Shown here piece by piece: positions 16,465 to 28,800 of a stretch of DNA of 64,000 nucleotides. The stretch covers positions 3,596,001 through 3,660,000 of the forward strand of contig CAVNZM010000015.1 in the NCBI GenBank assembly GCA_963693365.1, in the 5' to 3' direction. This stretch comes from Amoebidium appalachense. Its lineage: Eukaryota; Protista; Ichthyosporea. Within the stretch, counting starts at the first letter, position 1. Each line of letters starts with the position of its first letter. The translations under genes were made by a program, and so were the position numbers. The notes beneath the pieces were generated by a model, which was not told the origin of the DNA, made no database searches, and saw only the letters and a program-made list of their open reading frames with translations.

Positions 16465-19337
16465 GCAGTTGCTTTTGCATACATACGGCGCAGTGTGCAT
16501 GTGCACGTCTGCAGTCACTGTGTACGCACGGCATGTGATCTATGGATACTGTGCACCAAGCCCTGATAAGTGAGTAGGTCGATCATGGGTCGATCATAAT
16601 AATGTACGTATTGTAATACGGGTCCACCCCAAAATATTGAAGGGGGTTGGGGGGGTGGGGGGGGGAAGAGGGGGACAAGAGGGAGGGGGGGGGGGGGGGG
16701 GGGAAGGGGGGGGGGGGGGATCTGCGATAGTGGCGGAGGGGAGATGTAACAAGCTGAGAAGAGCGCTTTAGAAAACAAGTAGGTCTGTGCGCCCGCTGCG
16801 CGGGCGCCAACTGAAGCTGCGTTCTATTCAAGGCCTCTATCTAGGAGGCATTGGGTCTATTGCATTTGGTCAGTCATGACTCACTGGGAAAAGAAGAACT
16901 GGGGGTCTGACAGCTTGTGTCTGAAATCTAGACTCTAGAAAGATCAGGAACTCTCTCGGGTGGGTCTGGGCGCCTTAATGCATTCCATATTTTGTTTTCC
17001 TGTGTTTTGATTCGATTTAATTAGCCCTTCATGAGCCAGCCGATGTATCCCCTCTGCACTGGCTCCTGGCCAATCACCGGAATCGGGTTTAAAGTTCTTG
17101 CCAATTTCGCTCTTTAAAAGAGCGTTCCATTGTTGGTTGTAAACTTTATGAACATTTATACCGAAATAGTGACTGTTGCACCCATTTTTTTGTGGTTTGC
17201 TCACGAAACCGTCGGATAATCGCATATTCTGTTCCGCAATTTAGCGCCCCGACACGTACGCTTCGTGGCTGGGGCTGTTCCTCAAAGAAAACCCGTTTAA
17301 AAACGAACCACTCCGGGACCTGGCGTCCTGAGTCTTTCCTTGTCCAAAACATAGCCTAGTTCCTGTCAACGAAAGCTGTGACCATCCGTCCCCCATCCGA
17401 CTTTCATCAAAAAAAAAAAAAAAAAAAAAATACACTTTCATCCGTGTTCGAATTCATATTCCCATCACATTTCGAATTTCGATGTTGCAGAAGGTATCGC
17501 CACAGGGTTGGGCTGGGGTTCGCCAGCTTAACTGTACGTTTCATATGCGCAGCAGATGAAAGATGTTTCACGGATCACTTCGGGCGCAGGCAGCCGGGCG
17601 GCCCATGACGTCACGGGCCGCGGCGCCAGGCGCAGCCGCAGCGGCGGCTGACATCGGTCTGGCGCAGCGCCTGACGTCAGGCGCCCAGCGCCGGTATTTC
17701 CGGCGCAGCACACTGCAGATGCAGGCCACCTTCGTTTTCGCCGTGTGCTGCACGTACGGTTTTTGTTAGCACGATTGCGTTTTCGTTGGCTAGCACACGG
17801 CGGCTCCCACCCACCCACCTCTAAGTCTGTATACATGACGGTGTACGTATGCGACTGTGACTGGCTCACAGCCCGATTGCAGCGGCAATAAAGCATGTCG
17901 AGGCGGGGCCCAGCCCCGGCTGGTGCGGGGGGGGGGCTCATGGCATGGACCCCCCCTGGCGGCCCCCGCCTCGGCCAGCCCCTTGGGTGCAGGCACGACG
18001 GCCTGCACTCCACGGACACGGGGGGCATGAGGCAAGCACGAGTGAGTGATGTGAACGTATCGCCCTTTGGCCAATCGTTATAACGGACAATTTCTTAAAT
18101 CGTAACGGGTGGGTTCTTGGGGAGCTGCAAGCCCCACCTACAAACGCCCCTCCAGTCGCAAAACTCAAAATACGTGTTTTTACAAATTGAGAACCGCAAG
18201 ATTACAAGCCCTGGAAACTTATCGGGGCTCGATATTGCACATGAGAAGCGCTGTAGATATGTTCTTGGGGGGGAATGTGCTGTTCTTGAACAGAAATATT
18301 GAAAAAATAGGGAAAATTACATATTCAAGCGTTTATAATGCTACACACCTGATACGAAAGCTGTTACGAGGGTTACCCTGACCTTATTCGTATCGGGGTC
18401 TCTCGTTAATCGTAATTACGACGATTTTTTTTCGTAATCCCTACCCTGGATCGCCATCAAGTTTGATTGGATGTCGAGCCGCAACCAATCACAAAAAATT
18501 TGAAGAATAACCCTTTTTAGTAGCGCTCCGCGCAAAACCGTTGGATAAAGTCACGGTGCTTGATGTTGAAGAAGAAGCGCAAATTGCACTTCATAAACGT
18601 TATTTTTCAGGCACAAAAGGGTTACTAAACGTTGTTCATTATTTTTGGAACCCGTTTAAGCACACAGTCAGAATTTCAAGCGTTTTATGCTGCTTTTCAT
18701 GATATGTTGGGTGTGACAGGTGTGACCGAATTTGCTGGACAGCTGGGCCTTCTCGCATTCCAGACCCAGTGCATGTGTGTGCGCTATATGAAAAGCGCAA
18801 ATTGATGTTTCTTATATGCACTCTTGGTTTTTTGTTAGAACCTCTTGTTTTTGTTTGCTGAAGCTAGTTTGTATCTACGTGCAGAAAGTTATGACAAAAG
18901 TCACAGTGAAAGACGTATCATGCCAGGCCGTTTCGCATCATTTCACCACTCTTTGAGGAATGCCAATTATCGGGCTGCTGTGTTTTATTGGTGAATATTT
19001 GCACTTACCCAACCAGATGCGACCAGATCAATCCCTCAGTGGTCCGCTCAGACCGCCAGCCACGGTGCGGGATGTTGGACCGGACCGGATTTTTCTGATT
19101 CTTGCCAAACCGGCTCGACCCGTCTATATGGGATATACATTAATCTCTTCTATATATCTCAACCTGGCCTGAGATAAGTTGCCGTCTTAGCCTTATTAGG
19201 CTAGCGTACATACGCACTCATTGGATGGATTACTTGTCCAAGCAAGAGATTAGCCCCCCCTCCCCCCCCCCGCTCTCCTCCTGCCCCCACCCACGCCTCC
19301 CCCGGGAGCCCCCAGGCCCGTCCTCCTCCCCCTATAG

Positions 19338-19384
<47 letters not shown>

Positions 19385-20062
19385 CTCGGGCGGCCCGGCC
19401 GTGCTCAGACCGTGAACTACTCAGACCGCGGTTTGAGGGGTCGGGCCGGACCGGACCGGACCGTGAGGGGGTGTGTAATGCATTCTTCGAATCATTTATG
19501 ACACGCTGCGTGAAGTCAGCGTGGCATTGGACCAGATCCAGATCTATGCATTCGAATACTCCGGAAAAGCCTTCCGTAATCGAAACTCGTAGACTCTCAG
19601 AGGGAAAAAAAAAGAACATTGCCCTTGGAGTCTTACAAACTAAATTTTCTGCTACACATGCAATTAGAGCATGTATATAACCGCTTTTTTTGCTGTTTGT
19701 TGTTTTTTACATACTAAAGCCATTATAATATCCCAACACGTGCGCGGCTACGGGCCCGTTACGTCCCACGGACCACGGTGCACCCGTCCATCTAATATGG
19801 GCACATGCAGGGTTTTCAATCTAACTTGAGACGGGCACACTGACGCGCACGACAAAAGTCCATATAGCAGATCGCAGCATCACCCACTCGGTCATATCAT
19901 CAGTCCGTGGCAATCATGGTTCAACTTCAAAGTGGTGCTCAGAGAGCCCCGTCATTATTAGGTTATCGTTTTTCGTGTCAAGCTAATAATTGGTAAGGGC
20001 GCAGTCTCCGGCATCCATTCACACAGTACTACGAAATATTGCATTGAATTTTGGCGCTGAGG

Positions 20063-21592
20063 ATGGCATTTCTGGGTAGCAATCACGAGCAGTGTTCCAG
20101 TGATTCTGTTCTGGACCTAGGCAGCCAGAAATGGTGGCACAGGGGCAAATTGGGTAAACATCCAAGCTCCACAGACGTTGTGGAACTAATAATGACCCCC
20201 GACGTTTGTACAAAAAAACCCGAGACTTACTCTGTATCACACGTGCACACATGTACACCTGCGCATGCACGGGCCCGCTCCCCACTTAGTCTAAATATGA
20301 GGAGGCTTATGCCTTCCTTTTCGGACCGTGGCCATGGTAGATCTACAAGAGGGCAGGCCATCCAACTTGACTTCACCAGCGCAAAGAATGTCTACAGCCA
20401 ATACGAACGGGCGGTCCATTCCGTGGCCGCTGAGTTGCTCAGCTACTACCCGAACGATGCGCCGTGTTTCGTTCATTCATCATCGCACGAGATGGAGTCT
20501 AAACTCGCGCCAGTAACGCAAAGTTTAGCCCAAGACATACTCGAAGACTCTCCGAAGTCAACTCACGAAAATCTTAAAAGCACCCACGGTCACCTGGTCC
20601 AGCCGCTCCGAGTCACACTAGCACAAGAGGAACGGTTCCTTAACCCCTTGCGTCACGAACAGCAAATGACTCGGCGAACTCGAAATCATTCCAAATTCAA
20701 CTTTAGTGACAGTCCGTTAAACTCGATCACACTCGCGGAGGATTCGGGCACAGAAAACGAAATTTCGTTCCCGCAAGGAGCAGAGAAAGACACGGACTTG
20801 TGCAGAATGAGGCGAAGTTATTCCGGCGAGCTACATGAAATGTGCAACGATTGGGAATGCAAAAAAGATGTTTCGAATGCACCGTCAAACGTTAACGACA
20901 CAACAACAACGTCATGTGGATGTGGGGAATTCCTCACGGACCTTCGAGTATTTATGGCACGGGAACACAGCGAAGAGACGTTGGATTTTCTCATTCTCGT
21001 GCACGAATACCGCACAGCACCCAGTCGTCGTACGCGTGAACACATCTACAAACACTTTCTCGCTAACGGGTCATCGCATCAGGTGAACCTCGAAGACTGG
21101 GCGGTGAAAGAGGTGGCAGAGTCAATGTCTTGCCTTAAACATACCCCTCAACCACACGCTGCGCCCCGCAGGAGAAACTCAGTGGGGCAATGCATGCATT
21201 TTGCTGGTTCAGAATTTGTCGAGAATCTAAATGAAATTGAAATGGAGTCGTTACACCAGGCTGAGCAGCAACCTGCCCAGCCATGGCACACATTAGCCAC
21301 CCGCCTACATATGCCCAACGTCACGGTGACGTGGCATCGTGTTACTGTAAGTTCAAAGGGCTCGCAAACGCCTACACGCCCTCGCCGAAATTCCCATCCG
21401 ATCACCGGATCCAATCGAAATGCGGAAAAGAGCGAGATTGACCACATGAGACTAGAAACGTGTCCCAAAATGGAAGTGCACATGTCGCAGAAGTGTGTGT
21501 TTAATGTGTGTGCCGCCACCACAACGATGTTGGTGGTCGAAGGAGCCCTGGGGAGGTTTTTGAGCGACAAAAAAAAACAATCCAACACATGA
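20063..21592 (+). CDS. Intronless RGS (regulator of G-protein signalling) domain protein, ~509 aa
   Basis: Repeat-free ORF with first ATG at 20063. LRVFMAREHSEETLDF..EYR..HIYKHFLANGSSHQVNLE matches RGS helices 3-6, and CVFNVCAATTTMLVVEGALGRFLSD resembles helices 7-9. The true start codon is uncertain. Confidence 0.8.
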   Translation: MAFLGSNHEQCSSDSVLDLGSQKWWHRGKLGKHPSSTDVVELIMTPDVCTKKPETYSVSHVHTCTPAHARARSPLSLNMRRLMPSFSDRGHGRSTRGQAIQLDFTSAKNVYSQYERAVHSVAAELLSYYPNDAPCFVHSSSHEMESKLAPVTQSLAQDILEDSPKSTHENLKSTHGHLVQPLRVTLAQEERFLNPLRHEQQMTRRTRNHSKFNFSDSPLNSITLAEDSGTENEISFPQGAEKDTDLCRMRRSYSGELHEMCNDWECKKDVSNAPSNVNDTTTTSCGCGEFLTDLRVFMAREHSEETLDFLILVHEYRTAPSRRTREHIYKHFLANGSSHQVNLEDWAVKEVAESMSCLKHTPQPHAAPRRRNSVGQCMHFAGSEFVENLNEIEMESLHQAEQQPAQPWHTLATRLHMPNVTVTWHRVTVSSKGSQTPTRPRRNSHPITGSNRNAEKSEIDHMRLETCPKMEVHMSQKCVFNVCAATTTMLVVEGALGRFLSDKKKQSNT

Positions 21593-22345
21593 TATTGATA
21601 TGTAGACACTGATAACCTTTTGAGCTTGAACTCGAGACAAGGCTTGTAGTTCAACTTGAGGCTGGCAACTTGCACGAAAATTTAAATAGCTGGTTTTTTT
21701 TTTTTGTTTCCCCCCCCAAAAAAACAGGCTACGCAAGCGTGTAACTGATTACTGTGACAATGCAATCAGCAGTTTATACTGCACAGCGAGACCGCTTTAC
21801 GCGGGATAATATCATTATATTATTATAATCTCGGTGTTGGTTCGGTTCAGTAGCTATGAAGTAAATAATTACAGGGGGCTTGCACCGTTAAGAGCAACTT
21901 AGGTTAGCGTATCATGCTGTACCCCAGCCCTACCAAATTTATCCACTTTACCATCCGAAAGGTTCTCTTTCGAGTGCGTGACCACCACTTAACTTGTCGC
22001 TTTTTGAATTTCGGTTAATATTCCGCTAAAAAACATGTGTAACTTATGGTGCTCTGAATTCGAAGTGATCGACAGTCATGATATTTAAATAAACACGAAC
22101 TCATATTCATCCGAGGTGATGAAGACACCGGCACATAAGCCTTAAACTCTTTTGGAGACCACTAGTGCTAATGGTGGCTCCCGGGCTCAGCCAGGCAGCA
22201 GCTGCCCTCCCCCCCCCCTCCCCCCCCCCCCCCCCCCCAAAAAATAAAATAAATTTAATTAAAAAAATAAATTAAAAAAAAAGAAAGAAAGAAAGAAAAA
22301 AGAAAAAGAAAAAGAAAAAGAAGAAGATGGCGGTGGTGGTGGTTT

Positions 22346-22376
<31 letters not shown>

Positions 22377-22709
22377 TCGTCCGGAGACAATGAAATGGAG
22401 TAATAGAGTAGTTGATGATAATTATTACATGTCTGCTGAATATAAATGGGTTAGCACGTAAGGTCCTATGCATTAATAGCAATTATTCTTTCTCTCCGCC
22501 GCTGACAGAAACATTATTTCTCCGTGCAGGGAAGGAATCATTTGGGCGCTTTCACAAATTAAAGGTCACGGCACATGGGAAGTAACCCCGAAATTCGAAA
22601 GTAGTATAAGCTACCTCAAACGGCAGCATGTGATTGGTCAAAAGTCAGCCAATCAATAGTACTGTTGCCGCACTCTGCACGTAGGCAGTAGTCTGAGCTT
22701 CAAAGACCC

Positions 22710-22743
<34 letters not shown>

Positions 22744-23434
22744 GGGAGGGAGAGGTGTGTGCGTGTGGGGAGGGGGGGGGGGGGGGAAGGAAGGGCTAAT
22801 AGAACTTGAGCCGTATTTCAAGAGAAATTTTAACTATTTAGTTCCGTGGCCTGAGCTAACAAGGGGAGGGTGCCTCGGGGAAGCAGGAGCGCCGGGGGGG
22901 AGGGGCCCCCGGGGGAGGGGGGGGGGGGGGGGGGGGGGGGGGGAGTGGGGGGGAGTGTAGAGCCAGTGGGAGACGTAATATTTTCTGAGAGATTTAGTGT
23001 TTTAGTTTCCTTGCCGGAGTCAACGAAGGGAGAGTCTCTTCTTGTAAGGAGGGGGAGGGGAGGGAAGGGGGGAAAGGAGGAGAGAGGAGGGGATGGGGGG
23101 GGGGGGGGGGGTGGGAGGGAGGGGATACGGAATGGACATGCAAGGAGCACGGCCAAAGTCTCAGTGACTCAACAGTGCCCTCCCCCCTTCCCCCCCCCCC
23201 CCCCAACCCCCCCCCCCCAACCCCACCGCCCCAACCGCCTCCGGATCCCTCCGTTCCCCTCCCCCTCAGCCAACCCACGTTCACGGTCCTCGGGGTTAAC
23301 ACCTTTATGAGGTTAAACTTTTCTTTTTGTTTTTTTTCTTTTCTTTTCTTACTTTCTTTCTTTCTTCTTTCTTTTTTTTATTTTTTTTTGGAGAGGGGGG
23401 GGGAGAGGGGGCAGTCTGGGTTGAGGTGCAAGGT

Positions 23435-23598
<164 letters not shown>

Positions 23599-23812
23599 CG
23601 TGTTCGGTACGTGTGTGTGTGTGTGACACGTGTGTGTGTGTGTGTGTGTATTAGGTACGTGTGTGTGTGTGTGACACGTGTGTGTGTGTGTGTGTGTTTC
23701 CGGTGTGTGTGTGTGCATGTGCATGTGTGTGTGTGTGTTTGTGCGTGCCTGATTGCGGCTGTGCGCCCACGAGCCAGAGTGTGTGTTTCAGTGGTGTGTG
23801 TGTGTGTGTGTC

Positions 23813-23843
<31 letters not shown>

Positions 23844-23848
23844 CTGAC

Positions 23849-23891
<43 letters not shown>

Positions 23892-23915
23892 CTGCGCGCG
23901 TGTGTGTGCAGGTGT

Positions 23916-23953
<38 letters not shown>

Positions 23954-24028
23954 GTGTGTGTGTGAGTGCCGTTGTGCGCCCACGCGCCAGAGTGTGTGTT
24001 TCAGTGGTGTGTGTGTGTGGGTGTGTGG

Positions 24029-24178
<150 letters not shown>

Positions 24179-24192
24179 CACGGTGTGTGGGT

Positions 24193-24322
<130 letters not shown>

Positions 24323-24325
24323 CAC

Positions 24326-24360
<35 letters not shown>

Positions 24361-24363
24361 CAC

Positions 24364-24397
<34 letters not shown>

Positions 24398-24458
24398 CAC
24401 GGTGTGTGTGTGTGTGTGTGTGTGTGGTTTTGTGTCATGGTGTGTTATGGGGGAAGGG

Positions 24459-25122
24459 AGGGCACAACCACATCGGCAGAGGCAACATGCTCTGAGCAGA
24501 ATTGTTCGGCAAAAAGCATCATTACCAGTCTGCAAAAAGTAGCCTAATGTTAATATTGCAAAAGGCAGCATTATTCTGCAAAAAGCAGATTTTAGTTTTT
24601 GAAAAAGCTGAGTTATTACGCCGAGAAAGACTGGATATTTACTCTGCAAAAAGTAGTATTATTCTGCAAAAGGCAGAGTTATTCTGCAAAAAGGACAATT
24701 ATTCGGTAAAAGCTTCTGGAAAAGGCTAAATATTTCATGATTCTGGAAGAAGTAGGATCATTCTGCAAAAACAGAGTCACCAGCTTTGAGCAGCCATGAT
24801 ATTCACCTTTGTGAACAATTAATCTGCTTTAGCAGAATCATTCTACCACGTATACGTCCAGAGCTTTTCCCTGAGGCTCACGGTACAGTAGCAGAAGAAA
24901 CTTGGGTGACTCCAGAATAATTATTTTTTTAAAAGCATAATTCTGCTTTTGCCTGAATTGTTCTTCTTTTGCTGAACCACTCTTCTTTTGCTGCATAATT
25001 CTGCATTTGCTGAGTATTTCTGAATGATAGCAGAATAGTTCGTCCTTTTGGAAGATTGGTCAAACTTTTTGCATAATAATCCTGTTCCACTCAGGGTGAC
25101 TCGGCCGATATGATTGGGCCCT
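24459..25122. mobile_element. Non-autonomous TIR element, possibly PIF/Harbinger-like, with subterminal attctgcaaaa repeats
   Basis: The 58-bp left end agggcacaaccacatcggcagag..gcaaaaag aligns without gaps to the reverse complement of the right end agggcccaatcatatcggccgag..gcaaaaag. Right end reads gggccc|taa. Left half has ctgcaaaa repeats, right half has ttttgc repeats. Confidence 0.7.
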
Positions 25123-25373
25123 AAAGGAGGGCTGGGGTTTGGGTACTATGACATGACACACATCCAGGCGGCCGGGCACTGCATGCATGTTGCGGACAAT
25201 AGTGCTCAAGTTGGCCTGCACACACGTGCACATGTATGCGCACACACACACACACACGAGCACGCGCACACACATACACACACACACACGGGCGCGCGCA
25301 CACACACACGTGCACACACACACATACAATTGTGCAAACACACACACACACGCGCGTGCAAACACGCGCGCGT

Positions 25374-25462
<89 letters not shown>

Positions 25463-25561
25463 AGCACTGTTGCGGCACACACACACAAACAAACACATCG
25501 TCAAATATACATGCACACCAGCACGGTCGGCACACACACACCTTTGGCAACACACACACAT

Positions 25562-25607
<46 letters not shown>

Positions 25608-25832
25608 ACATACACATTGCCCAACATATTGTTTCCCCCCTCTGTAGCAACAAAACTGAAGGGTCAGCCTAACCTTATTAAGAGTCTTTCACGGGTCGTA
25701 CCATTTCACTTCCTTCCTGGCAGTAGATATGAGAAAGGAGAGGGGGAGGGCAGGGGGGGGAAGAGGGGGGGGAGGGGGAAGGGGAAGGAGGGGGGTGTGT
25801 GTGTATTTTTATCCACAAGTTCTATCTCCGTG

Positions 25833-28800
25833 GGCACGGCAAGGGGTACACTTTCCACCTACCCCCACAGACACAGCGCCAAGGACACACACCGGCACAA
25901 ACACCCCCTTGTGTGACGTCTGTAGCCTTCGCCGACGACACAACATGGTTTGGCCCCAACAAGGAGAGCATCCAGCAAACTCTCGACTTATCTGCCCCCT
26001 TTTTTTACTACCATGACTTGGAACCACACCCAGACAAGTTTTCAGTCCTCGCCCGTGGTACCCCAACACGGGCAACAGTGGCCCCCCTGCAGTACCGCAA
26101 ATCCCCGGGAGCACCACCCCTACCCATTCAGACCGAGCCCCCCGATGCGCACATCAGTGTGCTAGGGGCCAACATCACCCTCCAACGACACACCCGGCCC
26201 AACGATGGGAAGGCCATGCATCTGACATTACGGGCCGCCACCATACTAGCCCGTAAAATGCTGGCACCCAGCCAAGTGATCTACGTAGCCAACAGTGTGG
26301 TGGCCCCGGCCATCCTCTTCCTCCTCAAAGGGTCAGTCATCAGCAACACCACCATGCAGGTAATCGACAGCAAGTGGAGAGACCTACTCCGTCGGAAGTG
26401 TGGTTTCCACCGGAGCACCCCGTCCGGGCTGCTACACCATCCCACTCTAGGGGGACTGGCCAGCATCGTCGAATCAGCAGCCAGCACCATGGTTACGGAG
26501 CTGTGTGCCCTGCTGGAAACACCAGGACCAGCAGGGGAAGTGGTCCGGTACCGAGCCTGGCAGCAGCAACACGTGACAGGCCTACCCTACCCACCCCTGC
26601 AAGCACCCCCAGCCAAACTTTACAGGCTAGGGGGAAAGCAGCTCCGCAACTATTGGGCCCATATCACGGGGATCCTTCACGAGCGGCACCTGAGTATTGG
26701 GGAAACCCCCCCAAAAAAAACACAATCCCCCCCACCCCTCCCCCCCCACTCCCCCCAAGGAGAAGGAGGGGAAGCAGCAACAACAACCAGCACCCCTATC
26801 AACACCGCTTTCCCGGACCACACCTTTGCGGCCCACATCGGCCCCCACACACACCTCCGTCAACTCTACACGGTGGAGGACACCATGGTACGGCCGGGGG
26901 TGTTCCGGGCGTTCCCCGAACTGCCCCACCCCCCAGACCTACTACACCCGGGAGCTACACAGTGGTACAGGTCCATCATCAAGGGGGCCATCCCCATCGC
27001 AGCCCAACTACGGCCAGCACCCAGACCACCCACCCACCACACCATTGACCTCGTGGCAAACCACCCCGTCGGTGCATTCGTGGTGGAAATAGTCAAGAAC
27101 GGGCAATACGAACTCAGCCAGGTGGTGGCCCACACCACCCACAACGGGGAGGCCTGGGTCAAAATAGCCCATCTACGGGACAACACAGAGGAGGAGGGGC
27201 TGAGATGGCACCGACCCACGTGGAACGACCCACATGGAACAGCCCATTTCCGTTTTTGCCTCGGTGACTGCAAATACGGCCACTCCCCATGGAACCTGGC
27301 CTACACCCCGGCCACCCTCTCCCCCATGGCCCAGCCCCGGGTACGCAGACGGAGAGGGGGAAGGGTCAGACACGGAGCCAGAATCGGAGTCGACCGGGCC
27401 CAGCGACGACTCCGACGACTCAGAGGACTCTAGCACCGACAGCACCAACAGCAATTACGAGCCCCCTGAGCCCCCAGCCGATAACCACACCCACAACAAG
27501 CAGTGTGTGGGGTGGACCCGTGCTGTGGAGGTGATACGGGCAGACCCCTACGTGGCCTTCAAGACCCGAATCACCACCCACATGGTAGTCGTGAAGTACC
27601 ACGAAGACTTTATCAACACCGACAGTATCGACATCTACCAAGTCATCGCACTGAAGTATGGCTCCGATCCGGCCGAGCAGTGGAGGAAGATACTGTACAC
27701 CATTTTCGGCGGCATCTTCCCCCCCCACCAAAAGGGATCACCCCAGATGCTCCACCTGCAAGCCAACGAGGAGGCCACACCCTTGCCGGGGGACCTCCCC
27801 GGCCCACCACCCCCCCAGCAGCCACCACCGGTAGGGTCACCACCAGGACACAAGTACACGGCCCACCCGGCTGACCTGCCGAGCCCACCCACTCCCCGTA
27901 GGCTCACCTACACCGACTTGGTGCCCCAGGCCACCTATGACGAGTGGCAGCGGCAAATCACCCTGATCCCCCCAGACCAACCGATCACCGTTTATACGGA
28001 CGGCAGTCTCATCCACCGGGCAGGAGGATAGCCCAGGCCGGAGCCGGGGCTGTGCTGGAAACCCCGGACCGGAAAGCACCACCAGTGACGGCCAAGACCA
28101 GGCTCCATACGGCCCTATCATCCACCCAAGCCGAACTCACAGGGGTACTACTAGCCCTCCTGCTCACCCCCACCACCACCCCCATCCACATCAAGCTCGA
28201 TAACCTCGGAGTAGTCGACCGATGGGGGGCAAACATGTACCCCACCACACCCCCTCGACGTAAGCTAAAGTTCCCCCACATAGTGGGATGGGCTCACGTA
28301 CGAGACCAACTCTCCCTATGGCAACCAGGCTCTGTACAGGTATCGTGGGTGAAGGGGCACCAATCCAACACCAAACGGTACGGTCAACGGAATAACGAGG
28401 CAGACAAGGCAGCCAATGCAGGAAGAGCCCTCCCCCTCCCGCCCCCCCTTCTTCCGGGCCCGGGGGGGGGGGGAAATACTTCCTACGACTACAAGGCCAC
28501 CGTATCCCCGGCAACATTCCCGGTACACTCAACCGGTTGAACAAGGACTTCCTCACCGACATGGCCGGCAAGACCAAGGCTATGTCCATACTAGCCGACC
28601 CCAGACTGCTCCCAGCCGAACGAAACCCCCTCCAGCTCAACAAGGGGCCCGCACAGGCAACCATCGGGGCCGTCAGAGGCAACATTCGTAGCCTGTCCCT
28701 GGCCATGGGCACCCTGCCTACCATGACACGGCTACACCGAGATCACCCCACCGTCATTACACAGCCCACATGCCCCCGGTGCAGTCAGCACCCTGAGACC

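Noticed and set aside
16944-17352. Short non-repetitive minus-strand ORFs (also 6351-6630, 7464-7829, 30530-30745)
   Set aside because: No recognisable motif or consistent splice pattern; cannot be supported as genes.
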